A stretch of 51,179 nucleotides of DNA from Elusimicrobiota bacterium (lineage in GTDB: Bacteria; Elusimicrobiota; Elusimicrobia; Elusimicrobiales; UBA9959), in contig JAINCQ010000038.1 in assembly GCA_036574205.1 (NCBI GenBank), positions 1 to 51,179 on the forward strand, given 5' to 3'. Made by a program: the position numbers and the translations under genes. The notes under the pieces are model-generated. The model was not told the origin of the DNA. It saw only the letters and a program-made list of their open reading frames with translations, and searched no databases. Positions 9,758 through 20,637 of this stretch are shown one piece after another (within the stretch, counting starts at the first letter, position 1; each line of letters begins with the position of its first letter).

Positions 9758-10867
9758 ATGGGTAATTATTTTCCAAAACCAGCATGCTTTATTTATGGAT
9801 ATGAACCAAGCGGCCATCATATAGCGGCAACCGCAATAGCAGAATATATGCCACCAAATATAATAAAACCTTATCTATTAAGTTTTTCAAATATTTTTCC
9901 TCGATCTTCCAGTATAATTGTTAAAAGTTATCTTGAAATACTTCAAAAAACCCCAATTTTATGGGATTATCTTTATGATAATCAATTTTTAAGCCAGTTG
10001 TATTACACCCTTGGTATAAAAATACCAGATTTTTATATAAACCAGATACATAAATTTTTGATAAAAAATGGAATATACACAATAATATCCACTCACGCAT
10101 TCTCTTCGATAATAACCTCAAAAGAGAGTCTAAAAATAAAAATAAAAAATAATTTTGCAATTATCACAGATATTTACGCTCATTCATTCTGGCCTAAAAA
10201 TCTTGATAGATATTTCGTTCCGCTATATCAGACATATAAAACTCTTATTGAAAATGGAGTAAATCAGGATAAAATAGAAGTTGTTGGTATGCCTCTTAGA
10301 AAAGAGTTCTATATGGATTATAACATAACTAAACTCAAAAAGAAAATGAAGATAAACGAAAATCCGACCTTTCTTGTAAGCGGAGGGACTAAAGGATTAG
10401 GCGATATAATGGATATAGTATCTGTTTTCAAAACTGTTAAAAGAAAAGTTAATTTAATAGTTTTTTGTGGATTTAATAAAAAACTAAAGCAAGAACTTAA
10501 TAAAATAAAATATTTTCATAATATTAAAATTTATCCTTTAAGTTATCAAAAAAATCCAGCAATATACTATGCAATATCTGACTGCATAATAGGAAAAGCA
10601 GGTGGAATAAGCATATTTGAAACGGCAGCTTTTAAAAAAAGTTTTATCATTTATTCTCCTTTACCAGGACAGGAGGAAAGAAATGCAAGATTCCTTGACA
10701 ATCATCAAGCAGCCTTTTATCCTCAAAATTTAAGAGAGCTAAAATCAATAATAGAAAGTTTTTTTATCAATAAACCACTTTTTGAAAAAATCTCATCAAA
10801 TCTTTATAAATTTCATAAAAAAGATGCATCACTTAAAATAGCAAACCATATAATCAAATCAATATAA
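9758..10867 (+). CDS. GT28 glycosyltransferase (MGDG synthase/UgtP-like)
   Basis: GHH.AA, ITD..AH.FW, GMPLR, GKAGG...E, PGQEERN. Confidence 0.88.
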   Translation: MGNYFPKPACFIYGYEPSGHHIAATAIAEYMPPNIIKPYLLSFSNIFPRSSSIIVKSYLEILQKTPILWDYLYDNQFLSQLYYTLGIKIPDFYINQIHKFLIKNGIYTIISTHAFSSIITSKESLKIKIKNNFAIITDIYAHSFWPKNLDRYFVPLYQTYKTLIENGVNQDKIEVVGMPLRKEFYMDYNITKLKKKMKINENPTFLVSGGTKGLGDIMDIVSVFKTVKRKVNLIVFCGFNKKLKQELNKIKYFHNIKIYPLSYQKNPAIYYAISDCIIGKAGGISIFETAAFKKSFIIYSPLPGQEERNARFLDNHQAAFYPQNLRELKSIIESFFINKPLFEKISSNLYKFHKKDASLKIANHIIKSI

Positions 10868-10888
10868 TTTAAGTTATTATTAATAAAT

Positions 10889-13531
10889 TTATATTTTTAC
10901 TTTTATCCTTTTGTCAACAACTTTTTTGATTTTTCCAGTTCTTTGTATTCTTTCTATGGTATCAGGTGGAACTATTTTTATGTTTGGAGGGTCTATCCAT
11001 TTCATCTTTATGCTTTCTTTTAAATCCTCGCAGTTTTTTAAAATCTCTTCATATAATTTTTTCTCAACACCTTTTGTTTCTTCCCCCCTCTTGTGCTCTA
11101 CTATTATATCTATGAAATCACGCACTCCCTTTTTGTATATAACCACCTGGAAATTAAAAGAAAGTGATTTAATCTTTCCAATAGCATTCTGTATATCACT
11201 AACAAATATATGAGCGCCACCAGCATGTATCCTATCATCGCATCTTCCAAGTATTTCAAAAAGCGGTTCTTTTCTACCACAACTACATTCATTCAATATA
11301 AATCTTCCAATGTCTCCCACCCTATATCTTATTATGGGCATCTTTTTTTTGTTAAGACAACTTACTACAAGCTCCCCAATTTCCCCCGGCTTTACCGGCT
11401 TAAGCGTATTCGGTTGCAAAAATTCTATATACTGAGATTGCGCAAAAAGATGATGAACACCTTTTGCAAGATGCTCACATTGAAAACCTATAACACCAGC
11501 ATCAGCCGTGGCATAACCAGCAGACTTAACCTGAGCGCCATTAAATACTTCTTTGAAGTAATTTACCATCTCATCCCCAACATACTCACCACCATAAAAT
11601 ATTTTATCTATAGATAGTTTTATCTTATTTAAATGAACATATTCTGCAAGTTTTACCAAGAAAGATGGAAGTCCTATTATAGTAGTAACATTAAATTGCT
11701 TTAAATAAGAGACTATATTTTCAAGCGGCAGGTTACTACCTATAGGAACACTTGTAGCTTTAGTATATGATATAGCCTTTTCCACGCTAAGCCAGCTTGA
11801 CCACAAATTTCCTGCCACAAAAAGGTTTGCTATTATGTCTTTTTCAGACAATCCAGCCGCTTCATATGCAAATGCAAGCATTCTTATTGTGTGCTCATAT
11901 TCATGCTGGTCGTAAAAGACATATTTAGGTTGGCCTGTGGAACCACCACTTGCAAAGTAAATACCTTTTAATGGTTTTGATGTAAAAAGCGCAGAACTTT
12001 CAGGTGGAGTGTTTTTTAGAATATGTTCTTTTTCAAGTAACGGAATTTTTTCAAAATCTTTTATTGAAAGGATTTCTTTTTTTATGTTTTTATAATAGTT
12101 TTTATAAAAAGAAGAATTTGTTCTTGCAAATTTGACCAGTTCCACAAGTTTATCAATAGGATCGTTTTTTCCCTCAAGACACACCCAGTTTACAAGTCTT
12201 GAGAGGACAAATTTTCCATCATGTGGAGAACCTGTTTTGCCAATAGTCATTTTCCCAAGTTTTGAAAACCTCATACCAGCAATTCCATAGAATTCGTTTA
12301 AAATTTTTTTCCTTTGAAAGATATTTCCTCCAATTCCAATACTCTGAATATAGTCCTTATATTTCAAAACCTCTTTTTTTATCTCGCTAATATCTGAAAC
12401 ACATTTTACATAAAGCACTCTGTTTAGCGGCGATATTTTATATGAAGTATCCTTTTCATATATTACAGTATAAGATGGATCTGGAAAAGAAGATTTGAGC
12501 ATTGAAAAACCCATTGCTTCATCAACTCTGGCAATTTCCCTTGCTTTTGTTATCTCAACCTTCTCATCATCAGAAATTTTTCCGTATGGAAAAAGTTTTC
12601 CAAATTTTTTAAATTCATTAGATAAATGTTCCAGAAGATTTGCGACTATTTTATCAGGTTTTCCTTCAGGGCAAACTATATAAAGGTCATGCATGTTGGA
12701 ACAGGCGCTTTGATCCCACATTGCGCAATCTCTAACGACTTTTCTAGCTATATCCTCATATCCCTGTTGTTCGATAAAGTCAGAAAAAACTATTCCAAAA
12801 CTTGTTTTAGGCCCAAAACCTTCAACCTCAACGTTTATTGGAGCCATTTTTCTATATGAATCTACCGCATCATATCCACCCCATACCATTATAAGATCAA
12901 CATTCCTGGTTAATTCTTCCTCTATAGTCTTACTTCCACCTTTCCATTTTAAAATAGCAAAAGATCTTGATAAAATACCTCTTCGATCTATATCTTTAGC
13001 TGCCTGAGCAAATATATTCATAAAGTTAGAACCCGATGTTGAAATCTTAACTATATTTACATTTTTTGTCACAAGCCCCATAACAAGAGAATCAAGAATC
13101 CCAATAAATACATTTCCTGCTCCTATATGAAGCACAATACCCTTTGGATAAGCCCTTATATATCCGTCATAACCATGTCTATCCATTATATTATCAAGCG
13201 AATATGGAAAGAAAAGTTCAAGAGCAAGTCTTTTGTTTAATTCTTTCTTATTTAATATCTCTGGAACGAGGGCAAGAGTTTCCTCCATCATAGGAACTGA
13301 AAATTTGAAATTATTTTTAAGATCCTCATATGCCTGCTTATAATATAAGGAGTTTTTGTTTTTAAAAACCTCACCTATTTTATCAAGAGTTTCTATTATA
13401 TACTCTCTATCTACCTCATAAATTATGCGTTTTATCTCCCTGGCCTTTGATAATATCAGTTTTACTGTGTTTAAATCGTTTATTTCATCTGAAACCCATT
13501 CCCCAAAAACATAATTTCTGAAACTATTCAT
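10889..13531 (-). CDS. Fusion of a LuxC-type acyl-CoA/acyl-protein reductase (N-terminal) and a phenylacetate-CoA-ligase-like ANL adenylating domain (C-terminal)
   Basis: HIGAGNV, VWGG, FGPKTSF, DQSACS (LuxC catalytic Cys), HDG; then SGGSTGQPK, YATADAG, RYRVGD, CSCGR, RTGK. Confidence 0.88.
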   Translation of the reverse strand: MNSFRNYVFGEWVSDEINDLNTVKLILSKAREIKRIIYEVDREYIIETLDKIGEVFKNKNSLYYKQAYEDLKNNFKFSVPMMEETLALVPEILNKKELNKRLALELFFPYSLDNIMDRHGYDGYIRAYPKGIVLHIGAGNVFIGILDSLVMGLVTKNVNIVKISTSGSNFMNIFAQAAKDIDRRGILSRSFAILKWKGGSKTIEEELTRNVDLIMVWGGYDAVDSYRKMAPINVEVEGFGPKTSFGIVFSDFIEQQGYEDIARKVVRDCAMWDQSACSNMHDLYIVCPEGKPDKIVANLLEHLSNEFKKFGKLFPYGKISDDEKVEITKAREIARVDEAMGFSMLKSSFPDPSYTVIYEKDTSYKISPLNRVLYVKCVSDISEIKKEVLKYKDYIQSIGIGGNIFQRKKILNEFYGIAGMRFSKLGKMTIGKTGSPHDGKFVLSRLVNWVCLEGKNDPIDKLVELVKFARTNSSFYKNYYKNIKKEILSIKDFEKIPLLEKEHILKNTPPESSALFTSKPLKGIYFASGGSTGQPKYVFYDQHEYEHTIRMLAFAYEAAGLSEKDIIANLFVAGNLWSSWLSVEKAISYTKATSVPIGSNLPLENIVSYLKQFNVTTIIGLPSFLVKLAEYVHLNKIKLSIDKIFYGGEYVGDEMVNYFKEVFNGAQVKSAGYATADAGVIGFQCEHLAKGVHHLFAQSQYIEFLQPNTLKPVKPGEIGELVVSCLNKKKMPIIRYRVGDIGRFILNECSCGRKEPLFEILGRCDDRIHAGGAHIFVSDIQNAIGKIKSLSFNFQVVIYKKGVRDFIDIIVEHKRGEETKGVEKKLYEEILKNCEDLKESIKMKWIDPPNIKIVPPDTIERIQRTGKIKKVVDKRIKVKI

Positions 13532-13565
13532 AATAACTCCTTTACCTTTTTAAAACAAAATTAAC

Positions 13566-14741
13566 TCATTTACCAAGCATCTCACTGGCAGATATGGCGC
13601 AACCTTTAAGCCTTTTTATTCCTGCTCTTCCTGATATTTCTAAAATAGGACCTTTAATTCCACAATCACACCCTTCTCTTATAATTCCCCAATCACTTGA
13701 AAGAAGCGAAAAAGAGGGATATGATGTTAGATATGGCGTCATAAACTCAAGCAAACCTTTTTTTCCATAGCCAAGATTTTTAAAGCTCAAGGGGTCTCTG
13801 GCTATTACTTTCCCGTATACTGGAATATGAAAATTTCCTAATTTACAATCAACATAAGCAACCCCATGTTCAACCATTCCAAAAAGGTCCCTTACATTTG
13901 AAACTGGAATTGAAAGGTTATCTGCAAGAATTTGTCTGTATGTTTTTTTGTCTATTGCCTCATCAGATAGAGTTTTCCATCCACCACCTGTTATTACAGA
14001 CGAGTTTGGATTTAATTGCGGATATCTTCCAAACTTCTTTTTAAACTCTTCAGTAATTTTTAGAGCAAAAGCTGGAAATCCTATCATCCTTACTACAGAT
14101 TTTTTTTCTTCAAATTCTTTAATCTTCTTGAGGCACCCCTCAACATCAAAATAAAATTCTTTTGAGGTTTCATTCCACTTAAAAGCATAATATACACTTT
14201 GAGTTTTTGTAAAAGATGTTATCAATTTATCTGTCCAGGCAGTTCCTACATCGCCTGCAAACTCAGGGTCATATGTAAAACATATATAATTATAAAAATT
14301 TTCCCTATCGCAAAGCCCTAAAGCGTCAAAAACTTTATAAGCCATTCTCCTAACCCTTAAAAGAGAACCGATATCAAGCTGTATTCTGCTTTTCTGTCCA
14401 GTTGTACCACTGGATTTAAGTTCAAGAATGATTTCATTTTTTTCCAATGTGGTTATATCACGCTCTTTAAAAGCATTTACAAATATGAATGGAATTTTTT
14501 CAATATCTTTATATGATTTTATTGAAGAAGGATTAAATCCAAGCATTTTATAAAAATTATTTAAAAACTTAGATTTCCTTTTTTGATATTTCATAGTATA
14601 TTTCATCGCATCTAAAAAAAGCTTAAGATTGTTTTTACTGTAATCAAATGGCTGAACCTCACATAACTTTTCAAGAACACTTTTTATTCCAAGCCTTTCA
14701 GATGGGTGAGGAAGGGAATTTTCCACATCAAGCTCTTTCAT
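13566..14741 (-). CDS. LuxE-family acyl-protein synthetase
   Basis: SSGTTG, GFPAF, TGGGWK, DLFGMVE, C-terminal GRA...KGCA (acylated Cys region). Confidence 0.9.
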   Translation of the reverse strand: MKELDVENSLPHPSERLGIKSVLEKLCEVQPFDYSKNNLKLFLDAMKYTMKYQKRKSKFLNNFYKMLGFNPSSIKSYKDIEKIPFIFVNAFKERDITTLEKNEIILELKSSGTTGQKSRIQLDIGSLLRVRRMAYKVFDALGLCDRENFYNYICFTYDPEFAGDVGTAWTDKLITSFTKTQSVYYAFKWNETSKEFYFDVEGCLKKIKEFEEKKSVVRMIGFPAFALKITEEFKKKFGRYPQLNPNSSVITGGGWKTLSDEAIDKKTYRQILADNLSIPVSNVRDLFGMVEHGVAYVDCKLGNFHIPVYGKVIARDPLSFKNLGYGKKGLLEFMTPYLTSYPSFSLLSSDWGIIREGCDCGIKGPILEISGRAGIKRLKGCAISASEMLGK

Positions 14742-14858
14742 TCATCTCCTCCTTTTTTGCTGCTAATAATTCTGAATATTTACTACATGACTAATTGAGA
14801 ATCTTTAATATTCAGTACTTATACAAATTTTTATTAAAATAAACTTTATCTTACAGAG

Positions 14859-16040
14859 TCACTCAAAAACCATTTCAATATAACTTTCTCTCCACATCCT
14901 GATATATTCTTTTAGAAAGCTTTTATATATTGGCGCAAGTTTAACGTTTCTGAAATCTAAAATATCAAAGGTTCTTGAAAAAATGATACAATCCTGGCGG
15001 ATGCTGCCGTTAAGTTTTGCAGCGGGGAAATAGCCAGAGGGGATAAATCTTGCATCTATCGCAGCTCTATGAAGCTCAGGAACATATGCGTCAAACAATA
15101 TTTCAATATATGCCATATCCATTTCCTGCATTTTTTTAGCCACGCTTTCAAGGACAACAGTCGGTTCAGCACTAGTAAAACCACCTATAAAAACACTATA
15201 TTTATCTTTTGGATTATAGTTTAAATAAATCTCGCTTGAACCATCCTTTGAAACAAGCATTATATTTGGCTCATGAAATGGCATGTATGAATGCTTAAAA
15301 AAACTGTTCATTTTTACATCAGCAAATCTTCTTTTTATAAAATTTGCAGCTGTAATTGTTTCAAAGTTAATAATTGGAATTTTATTTTTATGGTCTGAGT
15401 ATTGAGTTTTAAAATCTTGTATCTTAGGTTCTTCAAGCTTTATCTGTTTTAAAACTATATCATAAAATGGTTTAATCTCAGGAACGATTATGGGAGTTTT
15501 TTGCCTTTTTTTTAGAGCAGATTCAGTAAGGTATGCTGTAAAGCAATGAGTCTCGTTTTCTGCAACTTTATGAGTATTAGGGAAAATCCCAAGTTTTAAA
15601 AAACCAAGGCTATCTGTGAGTTTCTGTGGGGCATAAGATGTCGTTCTTGTAGTGGCATACACGACATCAACAAGATTTTGATTCTGGGTTATATCATCAA
15701 GTATCAATTTCATCATAGTGTAGGCTATATCATGCTTCCTGAACTCTTCGCTTACCACAGCCCCAAACGCTTTTGAAATCCTGCCTTTAAAATCAAGAGA
15801 ATATACAAGGCTTGCTACTATCTTGCCGTTATATTCAGCAACAAGCCAGTAATATTCATCACTTTCTATTGCTTTTTTCATTTTTTCAGGATCAGTTATT
15901 ATAGATATAGAGTATGATGAGCCATAAACCTCTGTGTATAAAACCTGTATCCTCCTTGCATCTATAAGTTTTGCTGGTCTTATTATAATATTTCCTTTAG
16001 CAGGAATATTTACGTTTTTAGTTAAATACTTTATAGCCAT
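14859..16040 (-). CDS. GNAT-family acyltransferase with C-terminal extension
   Basis: IRPA...D, VVSEEFRKHDIA (motif A), LGF.KLG. Confidence 0.75.
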   Translation of the reverse strand: MAIKYLTKNVNIPAKGNIIIRPAKLIDARRIQVLYTEVYGSSYSISIITDPEKMKKAIESDEYYWLVAEYNGKIVASLVYSLDFKGRISKAFGAVVSEEFRKHDIAYTMMKLILDDITQNQNLVDVVYATTRTTSYAPQKLTDSLGFLKLGIFPNTHKVAENETHCFTAYLTESALKKRQKTPIIVPEIKPFYDIVLKQIKLEEPKIQDFKTQYSDHKNKIPIINFETITAANFIKRRFADVKMNSFFKHSYMPFHEPNIMLVSKDGSSEIYLNYNPKDKYSVFIGGFTSAEPTVVLESVAKKMQEMDMAYIEILFDAYVPELHRAAIDARFIPSGYFPAAKLNGSIRQDCIIFSRTFDILDFRNVKLAPIYKSFLKEYIRMWRESYIEMVFE

Positions 16041-16083
16041 ATTACCCCTTTTCTAATAATATTTTATCAAATTTTACATCCCC

Positions 16084-17463
16084 CTAAAAATTGGCAAGGA
16101 TATCCTCAAAAAAATCGTCTATTTCAGATGGAGGCGTAGTGTAATTATTAATCATAAAACAAAAACTCAATCTTCCATTTTTATTTGAATCAAGATAGCC
16201 AACATAACTCCTTACACCGCTTAAAGAGCCAGACTTAATTCTAAGTTTGAGATTTCTTCTTAATCCAAATTTTTTTATATGCCCTTTAGCCATATCATCC
16301 CCGGGAAAAATTAATGAGTTATAATAATATTTAAAATAAGGCTTTGATAAGGCATAATTCAAAATTTTAATAAAATCACCACAACTGATTATATTTTGAC
16401 GGGAAAGCCCGCTGCCATCCACTATTTTGAATCTATTTACTCCTATTGAGTTTAAAAAAGACTTAAGCCCCTTTAAATTTTCTTCAAGCCCAATTTTGTC
16501 CTCCTTAATACCAGAAAATCTTAAAAGCGATTCGGCATAAAAATTAAAACTTTTTTTATTTGTTATCTCAGCTATTTCATAAAGCGGAGGAGAATAAATA
16601 ACGCCTATTTGATTAAGATTTGAATTTTTTTTACAGTTATTTTTCCATCCTTTAATCTTGATCCCATTTTTTTTAAGATAAACAAATAAGTTTCTGGCAA
16701 AAAAAGAAGACGGATCGATCATAGATCCCTTTACAACAAATAAACCTTCAGTTTTAGCAATCTCTCCTTTTATAATAGCTTTATTGGAAAAAGGAACGGA
16801 ATAGATATAAGAATTATCCCCCATTCCCTCTTTGCCAGTAACGACATAATTTTCAAAGATTAAACCAGTATCTGGTTCTATTTTTTCTATAAAAGCAGGC
16901 CCACCTAATTTATCAGATGTTTTAAAATAAATTTTATATGAATTATCATTTATTGCAAGGGAAGTAACTCTTGCAGCATAATAATTGCCTATATCCTGCC
17001 ATTCCCAAGAAGGATGCTGCCAATCATTTAAAGAGCAATAACCGCATAGATCTCCTTTTATACCCTTTATATCATTTTTCTTCAAAATATCCACGATAAC
17101 CTTAAACACATCCTCAATCCCCGAACCAAAGTTTTCGCTTCCAAGAGTCATATCCCCACCGCCAACTACATACAAATCTCCATAAATATATCCTCTGTGA
17201 ATTTTTCCAGAATATGCTATCTCAGTCTTAAATTTATAATCGTATCCAAGTTTATCAAAAGCATATAAAGTAGTTATTGCTTTAAGAGAACTGGCGGGGA
17301 CAAGAAGCTTGTCTGAATTATATGATAATATTTTTTCTCCATCTGTTTTTGATATTTCAATAGAATATATGGCTTGTGGAAATTTTTCGCTAATTTGATC
17401 AATTATTTCGCTTGCATATAAATTGTTAAAAAAGATAAATATAATAAAAAATAGCACAATCAT
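16084..17463 (-). CDS. dacB: D-alanyl-D-alanine carboxypeptidase/endopeptidase PBP4 (peptidase S13)
   Basis: PASSLK (SxxK), SFN (SxN), DGSGLSR, KSG; signal peptide. Confidence 0.93.
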   Translation of the reverse strand: MIVLFFIIFIFFNNLYASEIIDQISEKFPQAIYSIEISKTDGEKILSYNSDKLLVPASSLKAITTLYAFDKLGYDYKFKTEIAYSGKIHRGYIYGDLYVVGGGDMTLGSENFGSGIEDVFKVIVDILKKNDIKGIKGDLCGYCSLNDWQHPSWEWQDIGNYYAARVTSLAINDNSYKIYFKTSDKLGGPAFIEKIEPDTGLIFENYVVTGKEGMGDNSYIYSVPFSNKAIIKGEIAKTEGLFVVKGSMIDPSSFFARNLFVYLKKNGIKIKGWKNNCKKNSNLNQIGVIYSPPLYEIAEITNKKSFNFYAESLLRFSGIKEDKIGLEENLKGLKSFLNSIGVNRFKIVDGSGLSRQNIISCGDFIKILNYALSKPYFKYYYNSLIFPGDDMAKGHIKKFGLRRNLKLRIKSGSLSGVRSYVGYLDSNKNGRLSFCFMINNYTTPPSEIDDFFEDILANF

Positions 17464-18368
17464 TTCATTTTTGCTCGGGGGTGCGATTTATTATAAACCT
17501 CTTTAAGTCTTTCAACAGAAACATGTGTATAAACCTGAGTGGTTGCAAGACTTTGATGCCCAAGCATTTCAGCAACTCCTCTTATATCACAACCATTGTT
17601 TAAAAGATGGGTGGCAAAGGAATGCCTTAACATATGCGGTTTGATTTTACGAGTAAATCTAGCCCTTTTAGCCATTTTTTTAAGTATTAAAAAAACAGAT
17701 GTGTCGCTTAACCTCTGCCCTTTTCCGTTAACAAATAAAGGAGAAGCACCAGTTCTATCACTCCTATGTTCAAGATAATTTTTCAAGGCTTTTGCAGCGT
17801 TATCTCCAAGAGGAACTATTCTTTCTTTTCTCCCCTTGCCATATACCCTGATAAAACCAGACAGCAAATCAACATCTCCAATATTTAAACCCACAACTTC
17901 ACTTCTTCTAAGACCTGAAGAGTATAACACAGAAAGAAGTGCATAGTCTCTTAAAGCAAAAGGATATTTTTTTTCTTTCAAAAGAATTTTTTCAGGATCA
18001 TTTTCCTCAAATAATCTTGAAATCTCCTCTTCAGTCAAAAAGGACGGGAGGGTTTTATGTTTTCTTGGGATGGAAATTAGTTCAAAAGGATTATTATTTA
18101 TAATCTTATTTTCAAAAAGATAATTTATAAAACTTCTAACTGCTGATATTTTTCTTATGATAGTATTCCTTGAAACATTCAAAGAACTTATATGAGAAAG
18201 ATACTTTCTTACTAAAATGCTATTTATTTCGTTTTCTGATTTAATACCGTTTTCTATACAAAATTTAGAGAAATCTACTAAATCAGATTTATATGCCCTT
18301 TCAGTATGACTTGAAAAAGAAAGCTGGGTTTTCCCATATAACAAAAATCTTTTAATTGCTATTTCCAT
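17460..18368 (-). CDS. xerC: Tyrosine recombinase XerC-like (start probably MEIAIK at 18368)
   Basis: GLRRSE, GKGRKER, HMLRHSFATH, LGH, TQVY; topA-xerC synteny. Confidence 0.88.
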   Translation of the reverse strand: MEIAIKRFLLYGKTQLSFSSHTERAYKSDLVDFSKFCIENGIKSENEINSILVRKYLSHISSLNVSRNTIIRKISAVRSFINYLFENKIINNNPFELISIPRKHKTLPSFLTEEEISRLFEENDPEKILLKEKKYPFALRDYALLSVLYSSGLRRSEVVGLNIGDVDLLSGFIRVYGKGRKERIVPLGDNAAKALKNYLEHRSDRTGASPLFVNGKGQRLSDTSVFLILKKMAKRARFTRKIKPHMLRHSFATHLLNNGCDIRGVAEMLGHQSLATTQVYTHVSVERLKEVYNKSHPRAKMK

Positions 18369-20481
18369 TGACATCAGACTGTTTTTCTTTAGTGCTCTCT
18401 GCAATCATTTTTTGAGCTTCTTCCTGTGATATCTGCTTTACGCCTCTGCATTTTGGAAAATTAGAACATCCCAGAAAATAGCCTTTAGGTCCTTTTCTCA
18501 AAATCATATATCCATCTTTACATTTTTCACATTTTTGAGTTGTTTTTATTCCTTTAAATTTTTCTTCATTGTTATCGTCAAGATTAATTTTCCCTTTACA
18601 TTTTGGAAATTTAGAACAGACAAGATATTTCCCATATCTACTTTCTCTTAAAATCATATCTGATCCGCATATCTTGCATTTTACATTTGTATGCTGTATA
18701 ATCCCATCAAACTTCATCTTTGAAAAAGCAATATCTAACTTACTTTTAAAACTTGAATAAAAATTTTCAAGAAGAGAAATCCAGTTAACATTTCCATCAG
18801 CTATATCATCAAGCTTATCTTCAATTTCAGCTGTATAACCTAAACTCATTATATCCGGGAAAAACTCAATTAATTTTTCTGTAACTTTTCTCCCTAATTC
18901 AGTTATAAGCATTTTCTTGCTTTTGTCTTTTTTAACATATCCTCTTTTGATTATAGTCGTTATTATCATAGCATAAGTAGAAGGTCTTCCTATACCATGA
19001 TTCTCAAGGGTTTTTATAAGGCTTGCCTCATTGTAATTTGGAGGAGGAGTGGTGGTATGAGAATCAATATCAAAATCAACTAAAGAAAGTTTGTCACCTT
19101 CCTTTAATGGAGGAAGAGATAAAGAGTTATTTTCATCATCTTTTTTATCATCCTCTGTTAAATCACTATAAACCTTAAGATATCCATCAAATTTAAGAGT
19201 TCTTCCACCAGTTCTAAATATCGCTTTATTTCCACTATCCTCTATTTCAACTGTCACCTGATCAAAAAGAGCATTTTCCATTTGACTGGCAACAAATCTT
19301 TTCCATATCAAATCATAAAGCAGGTATTCATCAGAACTTACCTCGTTTTTAATAGACTCAGGAGTTATATTTACATCAGTTGGATGTATAGATTCATGGG
19401 CTTCTTGAGCTCCTTTTACTTTTTTAGAATAAACTGGTGGTGTTTGAGGGCAATAGTTTTCGCCATAATTTTTCTTTATAAATAAGGCAGTTTGTTTTTG
19501 AAGATCCTCGGAAACATTAAAAGAATCTGTTCTCATATAGGTTATAAGACCTTTCATCTCTCCTTTAACCGAAACACCTTCGTAAAGCTTCTGCGCTATT
19601 TTCATAGTTCTATCTGCTGAAAAACCTAACTTTGTATAAGCCTCCTGTTGAAGGGTGCTTGTTATAAATGGAGGTTTTGGTTTTGAGGTTGTAGTCTTAG
19701 ATTCAACTTTTATAACAGAAAATTTCTTTGAAGAAAGATAATTTAAAACAGATGCTGCTTTTTCTTTTGAGTCAAAAATTGATGAACGATATTTATAATC
19801 CTCTGCAAAAAGCTTTAATGTAGTATATCTATCTACATTTTCATTTTCCCATTTAAAAAGCCTGGCGTCAAATTTAACCCCATCTTTTTCAAATCTTCCA
19901 TTTATAGTATAATAATCCTTTAATTCAAAATTTTTAATCTCCTTATCCCTTTCATATATAAGTCTTACAGCTACTGATTGGACTCTGCCTGCAGAAAGTC
20001 CTCCTTTTATCTTTTTCCATAAAAGAGGAGAAATTTTATAGCCTACAATTCTATCAAGTATTCGCCTTGCCTGCTGAGCATTGACAAGATTCATGTCTAT
20101 ATCTCTAGGATTTTTAATCGCTTGAAGTATAGCGGATTTGGTTATTTCATGGAAAACTATTCTTTTAAATTTTTTGTAATTTATATTTTTAAGTATTTCA
20201 GTTATATGCCAGCTTATTGCCTCACCTTCCCTATCAGGGTCAGTAGCAAGATAAATATTATCGCTTGAAGATGCTATTTTAGCAATTTCAGGTATTATTT
20301 TTTTACCTCTTTCCACAACAACATACTTGGGCTCAAATTTCTTCTCTATTGCGACACCTAACTCTTTAGCTGGAAGATCCCTTATATGGCCAAAAGAACT
20401 TTTAACTATATAGCCATCAGGAAGAAATCTGGAAATTGTCTTTTGTTTAGTTGGAGACTCAACTATTACAAGATTTTTCAT
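18352..20481 (-). CDS. topA: DNA topoisomerase I
   Basis: LVIVESP, DPDREGE, SAGRVQS, ITYMRTD, GIGRPST, two C4 zinc ribbons. Confidence 0.98.
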   Translation of the reverse strand: MKNLVIVESPTKQKTISRFLPDGYIVKSSFGHIRDLPAKELGVAIEKKFEPKYVVVERGKKIIPEIAKIASSSDNIYLATDPDREGEAISWHITEILKNINYKKFKRIVFHEITKSAILQAIKNPRDIDMNLVNAQQARRILDRIVGYKISPLLWKKIKGGLSAGRVQSVAVRLIYERDKEIKNFELKDYYTINGRFEKDGVKFDARLFKWENENVDRYTTLKLFAEDYKYRSSIFDSKEKAASVLNYLSSKKFSVIKVESKTTTSKPKPPFITSTLQQEAYTKLGFSADRTMKIAQKLYEGVSVKGEMKGLITYMRTDSFNVSEDLQKQTALFIKKNYGENYCPQTPPVYSKKVKGAQEAHESIHPTDVNITPESIKNEVSSDEYLLYDLIWKRFVASQMENALFDQVTVEIEDSGNKAIFRTGGRTLKFDGYLKVYSDLTEDDKKDDENNSLSLPPLKEGDKLSLVDFDIDSHTTTPPPNYNEASLIKTLENHGIGRPSTYAMIITTIIKRGYVKKDKSKKMLITELGRKVTEKLIEFFPDIMSLGYTAEIEDKLDDIADGNVNWISLLENFYSSFKSKLDIAFSKMKFDGIIQHTNVKCKICGSDMILRESRYGKYLVCSKFPKCKGKINLDDNNEEKFKGIKTTQKCEKCKDGYMILRKGPKGYFLGCSNFPKCRGVKQISQEEAQKMIAESTKEKQSDVNGNSN

Positions 20482-20637
20482 AATAAAGTTATTTTAATAA
20501 ATTTTTAAAAAACAAAAAAACATTTATAAGATTTATTTTCTAATTCTTTTATTACACTTAAATTACTTTAATTTACTTATTATAGATTTTGAAAAACATA
20601 AAAAAATTTTTTCTACCAACCCCTGATATCTTTATAG

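Noticed and set aside
10889..14741. Bioluminescence (lux) operon
   Set aside because: No luciferase luxAB or luxD in the window, and LuxC is fused to an extra ligase domain.
14772..14815. 9-bp inverted repeat ctgaatatt/aatattcag upstream of the LuxE gene
   Set aside because: AT-rich arms with a 26-bp loop; could be chance, and nothing supports a riboswitch or terminator.
17460..18368. Phage or island integrase
   Set aside because: Size, motifs and the dprA-topA-xerC context fit chromosomal XerC; no att sites or cargo seen.
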